A stretch of 64,000 nt of DNA, from contig JBDQPD010000002.1 of NCBI GenBank assembly GCA_040260805.1, positions 8,668 through 72,667 of the forward strand. The letters are read 5' to 3'. The position numbers were made by a program, and so were the translations under genes. Positions 29,663-38,512 of this stretch are shown here, piece after piece. The stretch's first letter is position 1. Every line of letters starts with the position of its first letter. Source of the stretch: Myxococcota bacterium. GTDB taxonomy: Bacteria > Myxococcota > UBA4151. A model generated the notes under the pieces. The model was given only the letters and a program-made list of their open reading frames with translations. It was not told the DNA's origin and ran no database searches.

Positions 29663-30979
29663 ATGAGCGAGCGTATCGCGTTGGTTGAAGACGACCCTGG
29701 AGGTCGCAAGGTAGCGGCGGCTATGCTCGGTCGATCGGGTATGGACGTGGTCGCCTTCGCCAGCGCCGAAGACTTTTTACGGGTTCGGCCTGAGGTTTCG
29801 GTGGTGCTCACCGATCTGATGATGCCTGGGATCGACGGCATCGAATTGATGAAACAGCTCAAAGCGCAGCACGGCGATGACATCGAGGTCGTCCTCATCA
29901 CCGCCTACGCAACGGCTGACGTGGCGGCTAAGGCGATGGCTGAGGGCGCCTTTCACTTTCTCACCAAACCGCTCGATCCTCAGCTTTTGGTCGAGACAGC
30001 AAAGCGAGCCGCTGAGCGGGTTCGACTGCGGAGCCGACTCGCTCGACTCGAAGACCGCCTAGCGACGTATGAAAGCCAAGAAATTGTAGGCGCCTCGAAA
30101 GCTATTGGAGAGCTCAAAGATCAATTGGCTCGACTCGCTCAAGCGGATCTCCCCGTCTTGGTCACCGGCGCCTCAGGGTCCGGTAAAGAGCTGGCAGCGA
30201 GGGCACTTCATCTGGGCAGTGAGCGGCGTGAAGAGCCTTTCGTTGCGGTCAACTGTGCCGCGCTGCCCGCTCAGCTTTTAGAGTCCGAACTTTTTGGTCA
30301 TTTACGAGGGGCATTCACGGGCGCTGAAACCCGCCGAAAGGGTCGGTTTCTTGAGGCACACGGCGGCACCTTATTCCTGGATGAAATTGGCGAAATGCCC
30401 TTGGGCTTGCAGGCAAAGCTCTTGCGCGTCCTTGAGCGTGGTGAGGTCACACCCTTAGGGGCTGACAAGCCACAGACCGTGAATGTTCGGCTAGTAGCCG
30501 CTACCAATCGAACCGATCTCGCCAGCGTGATGCGCGACGACCTTTATTATCGTCTTGCGGGGGCAGTGGTCGATGTACCCACGCTCGCTCAGCGGCGAGA
30601 CGATGTGCCCATTTTGGTCGCTCATTTTTTATCTCGGCACGGATTAAGAGCGCCAAAACTTGGGGCTAAAGCACTAGAAGTGCTGCAAAACTACAGCTGG
30701 CCGGGTAATGTTCGCGAGCTCGCGCACACTTGCGACCGACTCACGGCACTGTATCCGGGCGAGGACTTAGAAACCCTACCTGAAGCGCTTGATAACGATG
30801 CGAGTCCGGCGCGGCGCGGCTTGATTATCGATCCAAAATGGTCACTCGATGACATTCAAACCAAGGTCATCGAGTGGACGCTTGAACGCTTCGAGGGTAA
30901 CCGGGCAGAAACGGCGAAGCATCTAGGTATTGGGGTAAGGACCCTTTACCGCCGGCTCAAGGACGACCCACCGGCCTGA
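29663..30979 (+). CDS. Sigma-54-dependent response regulator (NtrC/AtoC family)
   Basis: Receiver (VEDD, TDLMMP), GASGSGKE, GAFTGA, LFLDEIG, WPGNVREL, Fis-type HTH. Confidence 0.95.
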   Translation: MSERIALVEDDPGGRKVAAAMLGRSGMDVVAFASAEDFLRVRPEVSVVLTDLMMPGIDGIELMKQLKAQHGDDIEVVLITAYATADVAAKAMAEGAFHFLTKPLDPQLLVETAKRAAERVRLRSRLARLEDRLATYESQEIVGASKAIGELKDQLARLAQADLPVLVTGASGSGKELAARALHLGSERREEPFVAVNCAALPAQLLESELFGHLRGAFTGAETRRKGRFLEAHGGTLFLDEIGEMPLGLQAKLLRVLERGEVTPLGADKPQTVNVRLVAATNRTDLASVMRDDLYYRLAGAVVDVPTLAQRRDDVPILVAHFLSRHGLRAPKLGAKALEVLQNYSWPGNVRELAHTCDRLTALYPGEDLETLPEALDNDASPARRGLIIDPKWSLDDIQTKVIEWTLERFEGNRAETAKHLGIGVRTLYRRLKDDPPA

Positions 30980-33809
30980 GCTCGCCAAAAGTTCGAAGCG
31001 ATGATGCTCGCTGACGCGCCATCGTGTTAAACAGATCAGAACCCCAGCACCACACGCTGCCATCGCTTCGTCGAGCGCAAGCGTGTAACGCACCGATAGC
31101 CACCTCCTCGGCTTGGGTTAGCCCCTCAACCGAGACCGGGCTTCGCCGATGGTTCACACCCGCGTCACCGCAGACGCCAAAGTCGTTGCGACCCCAACAC
31201 GACACCTCGCCGGCGCCATCAACAGCGCAGGTGTTGTATTCACCAGCGGCGATCTTCTCGATCCCGTCAAGTGACTCAACCGGAACCGGTCGCCTTCTGC
31301 TCGTTCCGGTTCCATCGCCAAGCTGCCCCAACGCATTGTAGCCCCAACAAAAAACACGACCATCGCGACCCAGACCGCAGTGATGATAACGCCCTGACGT
31401 GAGCGTAGTAATCGATGACAGGTCCGCTGTAGGGCCGGCGGTCCAGCGTGATTGATTTTGTCCATCACCGAGCTCGCCAGCGCTGTTGTTACCCCAGCAA
31501 CTGACCGTTCCATCGGTGTGCAATGCGCAGGTCGAGCGTTGCCCAGCGCTGATGGACGTTACGTCCACAAGATCGCGCACGGCGGTGGGTGACTGGCGAC
31601 GTCTATTGGTGCCATCGCCGAGGTTACCAAAGGCATTATATCCCCAGCAGACGGCCGTCTGATCAACCGTCAGCGCACAGCTAAAGTCGCGCCCGAAACC
31701 AAACCGATCAAAGGGGCGCAAAGCCGGCACCTCGACGGCTCGGTCTCGACTGCTCACGGTGCCATCGCCGAGCTGTCCATTGGTGTTGAGACCCCAGCAA
31801 AATACGCTCCCATTTTGGGCCTTACCGCAGGTGTGCGCGCCGCCAGATGCTAAGGTGACGATGGGCTGATCGAGCCCAGCAACAGCTCGCGCTTCACCGA
31901 CGCCCAACCCCAGCGCGCCGAGCGAGCCGTAATAGTTTCGTCCCCAACATGAGACCTCGCCTTCGCTGTCCAAGCTGCAGGTGTGAAACAAAGACGAGGC
32001 GATCTGAATCGAGCCCGAGAGACCATGGACGGGCTCGGCGATTTGACCAAACCCACCTTTAGCGTCGCTGTGCGTTTCACCCCAGCGGTCGAGGCCCCAA
32101 CACAACCGAGAACCGCTTTGGGTGGTGACGCAGCTGTGGTCGTAGCCCAGCGCCAGGGTCTCAACGCCAGCGATCTGGAAACTGCGCACGGGCACACGAC
32201 GACTCGAACGACTTCCATCGCCGAGCTGTGCATAGGCGTTGCCGCCCCAACAAAACACTTCGGAAGAGGCGCTGAACGCGCAGCTATGGCTCAAGCCAGC
32301 TCCGACCCCAATCATCGGAGGCAACCCGACCACACGCACCGGTCGACGTTGATTCGCCACGCTGCCGTTACCGAGCTTACCTTCGGCGCCTTGTCCCCAG
32401 CACCACACCGCCCCGTCGCCTGTGACGGCGCAGGTGTGATGGGCTCCTGCCGCAAGACTCGTGACACCGCTCAAGCCGACGACGTCACGCGCCACGCGCG
32501 AGTTCGCTGTCCGGTCGTCGCCGAGCTGCCCTAAATCGCCTCGACCCCAGCAGCGCACGGTGCCATCGCTCAGCAAAACACAGCTGTGTTCGGCGCCTAA
32601 AACCATATCCTCAATCACATCGATTCCGTGCACCGGAACCGGCCAGACCATGTACTGATTTCCGGAGTTCGGGTCACCGAGCTGCCCGCGGTTGTTGTGG
32701 CCCCAGCAAAGGGCGTTTCCGTTGGCCATGATCGCGCAGCTGTGGTGGTAGCCACAGCGAACCGACTGAGCACCTTCGGGCAACAAAACCTGTTGCGGCT
32801 GTGGCTGCGCGTCGTTTCGTCCCATGCCGAGTTGCCCGAGATCATTTTTCCCAAAGCAATGCACTTCTCCATCGGCTTCACGAGCGCAAGTGTGCGCTTG
32901 TCCCAGGCAAAAATCGGTCACGTCCGCCAGCGCTTCGATCGACTGAGGACGGCGCGAGCCTTCGGACGGACCAATACCCAGCTGACCATCAACCCCGCGG
33001 CCCCAGCAGGCTAAAACGCCCTCTTCATTCAACTGACACGCGTGTTCATAGCCTGCTTGGACACGCCCTGGCTGGCCCTCTCGCTGGCAGTCTACCCCGC
33101 AACCGTCGCCCGGTAGGTCGTTGCCGTCATCGCAACCCTCGACGCCTTCCATCACAAAAGAGTCACCACATTCAGCTTGAGCGCAATCCGCGAGACACTC
33201 GTCAGTGTTCGAGTCGTTGCCGTCATCGCAGGCTTCCTCGCCAGCCCAGACCACCCCATCGCCGCAGCGCGCCTGAGCGCACAATCCGGTGCAGTCATCT
33301 TCATCGGTCTCATTACCATCATCGCAGGCCTCGACGCCTTCGTGGACGAAGCCGTCACCGCAAGCGGCGAGTCGACAATCTTGCAGGCACTCATCGCTGC
33401 TTGACGCGTTGCCGTCATCGCATGCTTCGACGCCTGCGTGCACAAAACCGTCACCGCAGCGAGCGGCTAAACAGGCTGAGGTGCACTCATCATCATCGCT
33501 TGAGTTGCCATCGTCGCAGACCTCGCGAAGCTGCATCACACCGTCGCCGCATGAAGCGAGCACACAAGTGCTCAGGCAGTTGTCCGTATCGTCTGCGTTC
33601 CCATCGTCGCAGCCTTCACCGGCCTGGACCAGACCATCACCGCAAGCCGCAAGTTGACACGCATTAGAGCAAGCGTCGTTGGCGACCAGGTTGCCGTCAT
33701 CGCAGGTTTCGCCAGGGTCGATTTCTCCGTTGCCGCAAAGCAATGCTGCGCTGTTGCTACCGCATCCAGCAACACCAACCAAAACGCCTATCGCCAACCA
33801 TTTATGCAT
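30957..33809 (-). CDS. Lipoprotein with 7 Myxococcus Cys-rich (DUF4215-type) repeats and 14 RCC1 repeats
   Basis: MHKWLAIGVLVGVAGC lipobox; CGDG..E.CDDGN repeats; 14 HxC...C[WF]G blades. Confidence 0.88.
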   Translation of the reverse strand: MHKWLAIGVLVGVAGCGSNSAALLCGNGEIDPGETCDDGNLVANDACSNACQLAACGDGLVQAGEGCDDGNADDTDNCLSTCVLASCGDGVMQLREVCDDGNSSDDDECTSACLAARCGDGFVHAGVEACDDGNASSSDECLQDCRLAACGDGFVHEGVEACDDGNETDEDDCTGLCAQARCGDGVVWAGEEACDDGNDSNTDECLADCAQAECGDSFVMEGVEGCDDGNDLPGDGCGVDCQREGQPGRVQAGYEHACQLNEEGVLACWGRGVDGQLGIGPSEGSRRPQSIEALADVTDFCLGQAHTCAREADGEVHCFGKNDLGQLGMGRNDAQPQPQQVLLPEGAQSVRCGYHHSCAIMANGNALCWGHNNRGQLGDPNSGNQYMVWPVPVHGIDVIEDMVLGAEHSCVLLSDGTVRCWGRGDLGQLGDDRTANSRVARDVVGLSGVTSLAAGAHHTCAVTGDGAVWCWGQGAEGKLGNGSVANQRRPVRVVGLPPMIGVGAGLSHSCAFSASSEVFCWGGNAYAQLGDGSRSSRRVPVRSFQIAGVETLALGYDHSCVTTQSGSRLCWGLDRWGETHSDAKGGFGQIAEPVHGLSGSIQIASSLFHTCSLDSEGEVSCWGRNYYGSLGALGLGVGEARAVAGLDQPIVTLASGGAHTCGKAQNGSVFCWGLNTNGQLGDGTVSSRDRAVEVPALRPFDRFGFGRDFSCALTVDQTAVCWGYNAFGNLGDGTNRRRQSPTAVRDLVDVTSISAGQRSTCALHTDGTVSCWGNNSAGELGDGQNQSRWTAGPTADLSSITTLTSGRYHHCGLGRDGRVFCWGYNALGQLGDGTGTSRRRPVPVESLDGIEKIAAGEYNTCAVDGAGEVSCWGRNDFGVCGDAGVNHRRSPVSVEGLTQAEEVAIGALHACARRSDGSVWCWGSDLFNTMARQRASSLRTFGELRPVGRP
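33087..33737 (-). repeat. Seven coding tandem CG[DN]G...E.CDDGN....D.C...C repeats
   Basis: Recurrent gttgccgtcatcgca-type motifs on the + strand at about 93-96 nt spacing. Confidence 0.85.
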
Positions 33810-33911
33810 ACTTCGTCCAAGCCCTTGGAAGTCGCTAGTTTGAGCGAACTTGGATCGGCGATCAAGCCGCGCCGCTGTTGGTGATCTGGGCCCCAAAACC
33901 TTAGACCGGTG

Positions 33912-35513
33912 TCAACCCAGCAGCGAACTAAAGAAATCGTTCCCTTTATCGTCCACGATGATGAACGCTGGAAAATCCTTAACCGTGATCCGATGGACCG
34001 CTTCCATGCCAAGCTCAGGCATATCGATGACTTCAATCTTGGTGATGCAATCGGCACCGAGACGCGCAGCAGGGCCACCGATCGAGCCGAGATAAAATCC
34101 ACCATGCTCGCGACAGCTTTCAGTGACCTGGGCGCTGCGGTTACCTTTTGCTAAGGTCACTAAAGAGCCTCCGAGCGACTGAAACAAAGGCACATAGGGG
34201 TCCATTCTTTGCGCCGTGGTCGGCCCAAAACTCCCCGACGGTAACCCCTCTGGAGTTTTCGCCGGCCCGGCGTAGTAGATCACCGAATCAGCGAAGTAAT
34301 CAGGCATCGCCTCGCCCGCCTCGATCCGCTCACGAATCCGAGCGTGGGCGATGTCACGAGCCACCGTGATCTCGCCGCTGAGCAAAAGACCGGTGCCGAC
34401 GCTGTGCTGCGTTAACTCGGCTCGAAGCGCCTCCAAACCTCGGTTTAAATCAATCGCAACCATCGACTCTGCGACTTCGCCTTCAGCCCATAATCGCTCG
34501 GGGTGACGCTCGAGTTCTTCGAGAAAGACTCCATCTCTAGTGATCTTCGCTTTGATTTGTCGGTCTGCCGAGCAGCTAACACCCAGCCCAACGGGACATG
34601 ATGCACCGTGACGAGGCAAACGAATTACTCGAGCTTGATGGGCAAAGTACTTCCCGCCAAACTGAGCACCGATTCCCGTTTTTGAGGCTAAATCGAGCAC
34701 GCGTTGTTCCCAATCAATGTCACGGAATGCTCGCCCGGTCTCGTCACCTGAGGTCGGAAGTGAATCGAGATAGCGGGTTGAGGCGAGCTTAACCATTTTG
34801 AGGTTTTGTTCGGCGCTCGTTCCCCCAATCACCAAGCTGAGGTAGTAAGGCGGGCACGCAGCCGTCCCCAAACTCTTGATTTTTGCCTCGATAAAAGCCG
34901 TCAAATCGCGCTCATTGAGGAGGCTTTTGGTCTGCTGATACAAATACGTTTTGTTCGCCGAACCGCCGCCTTTTGCCATAAATAAGAACGTATACTCTTC
35001 GCCTTCGACGGCCGCTAAATCAATCTGAGCGGGAAGGTTGTTCCCAGTATTTTTCTCCTGAAACATCGTCAGCGGTGCGAGTTGCGAATACCGTAAATTG
35101 TTCTCGGCATAGGTGCGCTCAATCCCAGCCGTAAGTGCAGCCTCATCTCCACCCCCAGTCCAGACCTGACCACCCTTTTTGCCCATCACGATCGCCGTCC
35201 CTGTGTCCTGACAACTCGGCAAAACGCCTCGGGCGGCGATCGTTGCATTCTTGAGCAACTCGCGCGCCACAAACCGATCGTTTTCGCTGGCCTCGGGGTC
35301 ACGCAAAATATCGGCTAGGCTTCTTAGATGCGACGACCTGAGGAGATGGGACACGTCGCGCATCGCTTCGGTCGCTAACGCGGTCAATGCGGCGGGGTCG
35401 ACCTTGAGAATCGTACGCCCCTCAAACTCAGCGTGTTTAACGTAATCACCATCAAGGCGACGATAAGGCGTATCGTCACCACCCAAGCGAATAATTGGCT
35501 GATAATCGCTCAT
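33912..35513 (-). CDS. fumA: Class I (Fe-S) fumarate hydratase
   Basis: [49 protein letters not shown]. Confidence 0.94.
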   Translation of the reverse strand: MSDYQPIIRLGGDDTPYRRLDGDYVKHAEFEGRTILKVDPAALTALATEAMRDVSHLLRSSHLRSLADILRDPEASENDRFVARELLKNATIAARGVLPSCQDTGTAIVMGKKGGQVWTGGGDEAALTAGIERTYAENNLRYSQLAPLTMFQEKNTGNNLPAQIDLAAVEGEEYTFLFMAKGGGSANKTYLYQQTKSLLNERDLTAFIEAKIKSLGTAACPPYYLSLVIGGTSAEQNLKMVKLASTRYLDSLPTSGDETGRAFRDIDWEQRVLDLASKTGIGAQFGGKYFAHQARVIRLPRHGASCPVGLGVSCSADRQIKAKITRDGVFLEELERHPERLWAEGEVAESMVAIDLNRGLEALRAELTQHSVGTGLLLSGEITVARDIAHARIRERIEAGEAMPDYFADSVIYYAGPAKTPEGLPSGSFGPTTAQRMDPYVPLFQSLGGSLVTLAKGNRSAQVTESCREHGGFYLGSIGGPAARLGADCITKIEVIDMPELGMEAVHRITVKDFPAFIIVDDKGNDFFSSLLG

Positions 35514-35514
35514 T

Positions 35515-36072
35515 TTACTCCCAAACCCCACGCCGATTTTGGCGCGCTAGATCCTCGGCATTGAGATAAGCCCCTAACCGATCGAACAACTCATTATTAA
35601 ATCGGTAAACACGAGCGAGCCCCTCTTCGAGCAGCTCCTCGCCCAGATCACCGCCATCGCTCAGTCGAACATGCGCAAGCATTCGGCAGTAGCGATCAAA
35701 ACAGGCCTGACCGTCGCGCCCTTCTTGGCAAGCCCCAAAGGGGTCGGTGCACAAAGAGTCCCACTCCAAGCCGACCTGGATGCTCGCTCGACTCACGGCG
35801 AAGTTGAGCGCATCTTGGGCGAAGGGCTCGGGCTCTGAGCCCACCTCATCATAATTCATCTCGGGCGTGTTCAGCCCCTTAAGCCGGACTCGAAAAACAC
35901 GATCTTGGCGCCGGACCTCAAGAGTGTCGCCGTCGATAAAGCGCTCAACCGTGACCGGCTCGGCTAAATCTACCGGGGCTCCAGCGTCCGGTACAGGGTC
36001 GGGTTCCGGCATCGGGCCACAGCCCATGATCAACACCAAGCCCAAGCAGCGCCACATCATCAAGGTCTCCAC
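35515..36072 (-). CDS. Thermonuclease (SNase-family) lipoprotein
   Basis: Lipobox [39 protein letters not shown]. Confidence 0.85.
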   Translation of the reverse strand: METLMMWRCLGLVLIMGCGPMPEPDPVPDAGAPVDLAEPVTVERFIDGDTLEVRRQDRVFRVRLKGLNTPEMNYDEVGSEPEPFAQDALNFAVSRASIQVGLEWDSLCTDPFGACQEGRDGQACFDRYCRMLAHVRLSDGGDLGEELLEEGLARVYRFNNELFDRLGAYLNAEDLARQNRRGVWE

Positions 36073-36209
36073 TCACTGCGTTGGGCCTGCCTCGGCTCAC
36101 CCTTTGTGTAAAGTATACCGGTCAACCTGAGGACCAAGCGGCCCTTGCACCAAGCGTTCAAGACTCCTAAACAGCCGCGGTTCCCTTAACGTTTCTGCTG
36201 GAGCAGACC

Positions 36210-37151
36210 GTGACCCGTCTTGTCCTCATGGTGACCCTAACCTTTCTAGCGCAGCAGGCGCTGGCGAGCGAGCCGCGCACCAAAGTTGTAGTCAATGGCT
36301 TGATGTCACCGGTCTATTTCAATGATGGGGACACCTTTAGAGTGTTGTCCGGACAGCTCTCGGGGACCAAGGCTCGGCTCGAGGGCTTTAATACGCTTGA
36401 GTCCTTTGGACCGGTCCACAGCTGGGGCTCATGGAGCACACGCGAGCTCTACGTCAACGCCAAGACCGCCACCTTGCACGCAAGGCGGGGCATCTGGCGC
36501 TGTTCGTGGGATCAACGAGTCGATGGCTATGGCCGCGGGCTGTTCAAATGCCCAGAGCTCGCCATCCACATGATCCGGACGGGCATGGCGCACGCGATGA
36601 CCGTCACCGCCCAGCCCTCCCCAGAGATCTACCTTGAGGCGCAGCGCGAGGCGATCAAACATCGGCGCGGGATGTGGGCCGGCGGCGTGCCGAAATATGT
36701 CCTCACCTCGCTGCACTCAGTGGACGAAAAACCCAATCAGAACTGGGCGTACAACCGTCTGGTCTCAACCCATGATGGGCACTCCGAGCGCTGGATTCAT
36801 AGCGAGACCTACGGCGAATGCCACAACGTCTGCGTGCAAGAAGTCCAGCTCAGCAGCGCCACCCTCAAAGAGGTTAAACAGCGCCTGGACTCGGTCGCCG
36901 AGCTCACGACCTGGCAAACGCTTGGGGCGCGCAAACAAGTTGAGGTTTTAGAGATCTACCTCATGGTCAACACCGTCTCAGCGCATATCCCCAAAGCTGA
37001 ACGCGACCTGATGCGTCAAGCGCTCACGCAGCTGGTCGATACCGGCTTGCTCGTCGCCGAGAAAACCACGCCGGGCGGCTGCATGATCTACACCGACTTT
37101 CGCCGTCGCTTTGGCGGCGGTAAAGCGACCTGTCTGAAGCTGGCGCGATGA
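36210..37151 (+). CDS. Secreted SNase-like nuclease with Cys-containing C-terminal extension
   Basis: Signal peptide; DGDTF, RLEGFNTLE, DGYGR, GMAHA, AIKHRRGMW; GGAG RBS. Confidence 0.8.
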   Translation: MTRLVLMVTLTFLAQQALASEPRTKVVVNGLMSPVYFNDGDTFRVLSGQLSGTKARLEGFNTLESFGPVHSWGSWSTRELYVNAKTATLHARRGIWRCSWDQRVDGYGRGLFKCPELAIHMIRTGMAHAMTVTAQPSPEIYLEAQREAIKHRRGMWAGGVPKYVLTSLHSVDEKPNQNWAYNRLVSTHDGHSERWIHSETYGECHNVCVQEVQLSSATLKEVKQRLDSVAELTTWQTLGARKQVEVLEIYLMVNTVSAHIPKAERDLMRQALTQLVDTGLLVAEKTTPGGCMIYTDFRRRFGGGKATCLKLAR

Positions 37152-38512
37152 AGTATTTTCTTCCCTTTATCTTAGCCGCTTGCAGCTACGACATGCCGAC
37201 TCGGCCGGTCCAAGGGTACGAATTTGATGACGCCGCCTGTTCGGACGGTATCGATAATGACCAAGACAGCCTGACCGACTGCGAAGACCCTGACTGTTTG
37301 GCGCTGTCAACGCACTGCGGACAACAAGTCCCGGTGGTTCCCGATGGACGCGCCGAAGAGGGTATGTTGTGCCGCGACCAGATCGATAACGACGACAACG
37401 GGCAGTTCGACTGCGGCGACCCTGCCTGCCGTGAGCAGATGGAGAACTGCTGCGTCTTAGAATTTTCAAACGAAGCGTGCTCTGACGGCATCGACAACGA
37501 CCAAAACGGGTTCACCGACTGCGCGGATTTCGCATGCCGCATGGGCATCTTTGTCACCGTTTGCTTTGAAGGTGACAGTTCAAGCTGCAGTGACGGTCTC
37601 GATAACGACGGCGACGGCGACATCGACTGCGCCGATTCATCCTGCGCTCGAGAGGCGTCGTGCTCGAATGATTGCGAAGGGCTGCCTGAGGGCATCGAAG
37701 ACACCGTTGAGAAGTGCACAGACGGCTGCGACAACGACGGCAACGGCTACGCGGACTGCCGAGACCTCAGCTGCTCTCAGAGTCAAAACCCGGCGATTGT
37801 GGACGCCTGCACGCCCGACCGCGGCGACGAGAACACGCTGGCTCGCTGCACCGACGGCGTCGACAACGACGACAACGGCTTTATCGATTGCAACGACTTC
37901 TCGTGCTCGAGAAGCCAAGATCAGGCCATTTTAGACGCCTGCGCTGAGCGCATGGAGAACACTCTTGAGCGCTGCGGTGACGGGATCGATAACGATGACA
38001 ACGGCTTTGTCGATTGCAACGACTTCTCCTGCTCAAGAAGCGATGACCCGGAGATCGTAGCGCTCTGCGCTGCGAGCGCCGAAGACTCGATAGAGGCTTG
38101 CTCTGACGGTCAGGACAATGACGGTAACGGCTTTATCGACTGCGACGATTTCAGCTGCTCTCAATCGGACAACCCAGAGGTATCCGGCCTGTGCGGCGGC
38201 GCGGCAGAGGCGAGCTTTGAGACCTGCTCTGATGGCGTCGATAACGACAACAATGGATACACCGATTGTGCCGACTGGTCGTGCCGGAACGCTGAAGATG
38301 CGGTGGTGCGTCAAGCCTGCCAAGAGTCGGTGTATCGACCCGATTTCATGGGTATTCCGGCGGGTCCTCAAGAGACCGCTCGAGCCAACGCCTTTTGCGA
38401 AGATGGACTAGACAACGATGGTGATGGCTATGCCGACTGTGCCGATTGGGACTGCAGTTGGAACCCTTTAGTCACCGTGTGCGACGGACCCCGAGTCTGT
38501 GAGGAACGCTGA
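37148..38512 (+). CDS. Lipoprotein built from 10 CxDxxDNDxxxxxDCxDxxC repeats
   Basis: MKYFLPFILAAC lipobox; repeats counted in the translation. Confidence 0.85.
   Translation: MKYFLPFILAACSYDMPTRPVQGYEFDDAACSDGIDNDQDSLTDCEDPDCLALSTHCGQQVPVVPDGRAEEGMLCRDQIDNDDNGQFDCGDPACREQMENCCVLEFSNEACSDGIDNDQNGFTDCADFACRMGIFVTVCFEGDSSSCSDGLDNDGDGDIDCADSSCAREASCSNDCEGLPEGIEDTVEKCTDGCDNDGNGYADCRDLSCSQSQNPAIVDACTPDRGDENTLARCTDGVDNDDNGFIDCNDFSCSRSQDQAILDACAERMENTLERCGDGIDNDDNGFVDCNDFSCSRSDDPEIVALCAASAEDSIEACSDGQDNDGNGFIDCDDFSCSQSDNPEVSGLCGGAAEASFETCSDGVDNDNNGYTDCADWSCRNAEDAVVRQACQESVYRPDFMGIPAGPQETARANAFCEDGLDNDGDGYADCADWDCSWNPLVTVCDGPRVCEER
37238..38455 (+). repeat. Coding tandem repeat array of 10 Cys/Asp units; four consecutive units at an exact 126-nt period
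   Basis: Unit starts at 37847, 37973, 38099 and 38225; shared gacaacggcttt.tcgattgcaacgacttctc-type DNA. Confidence 0.85.
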
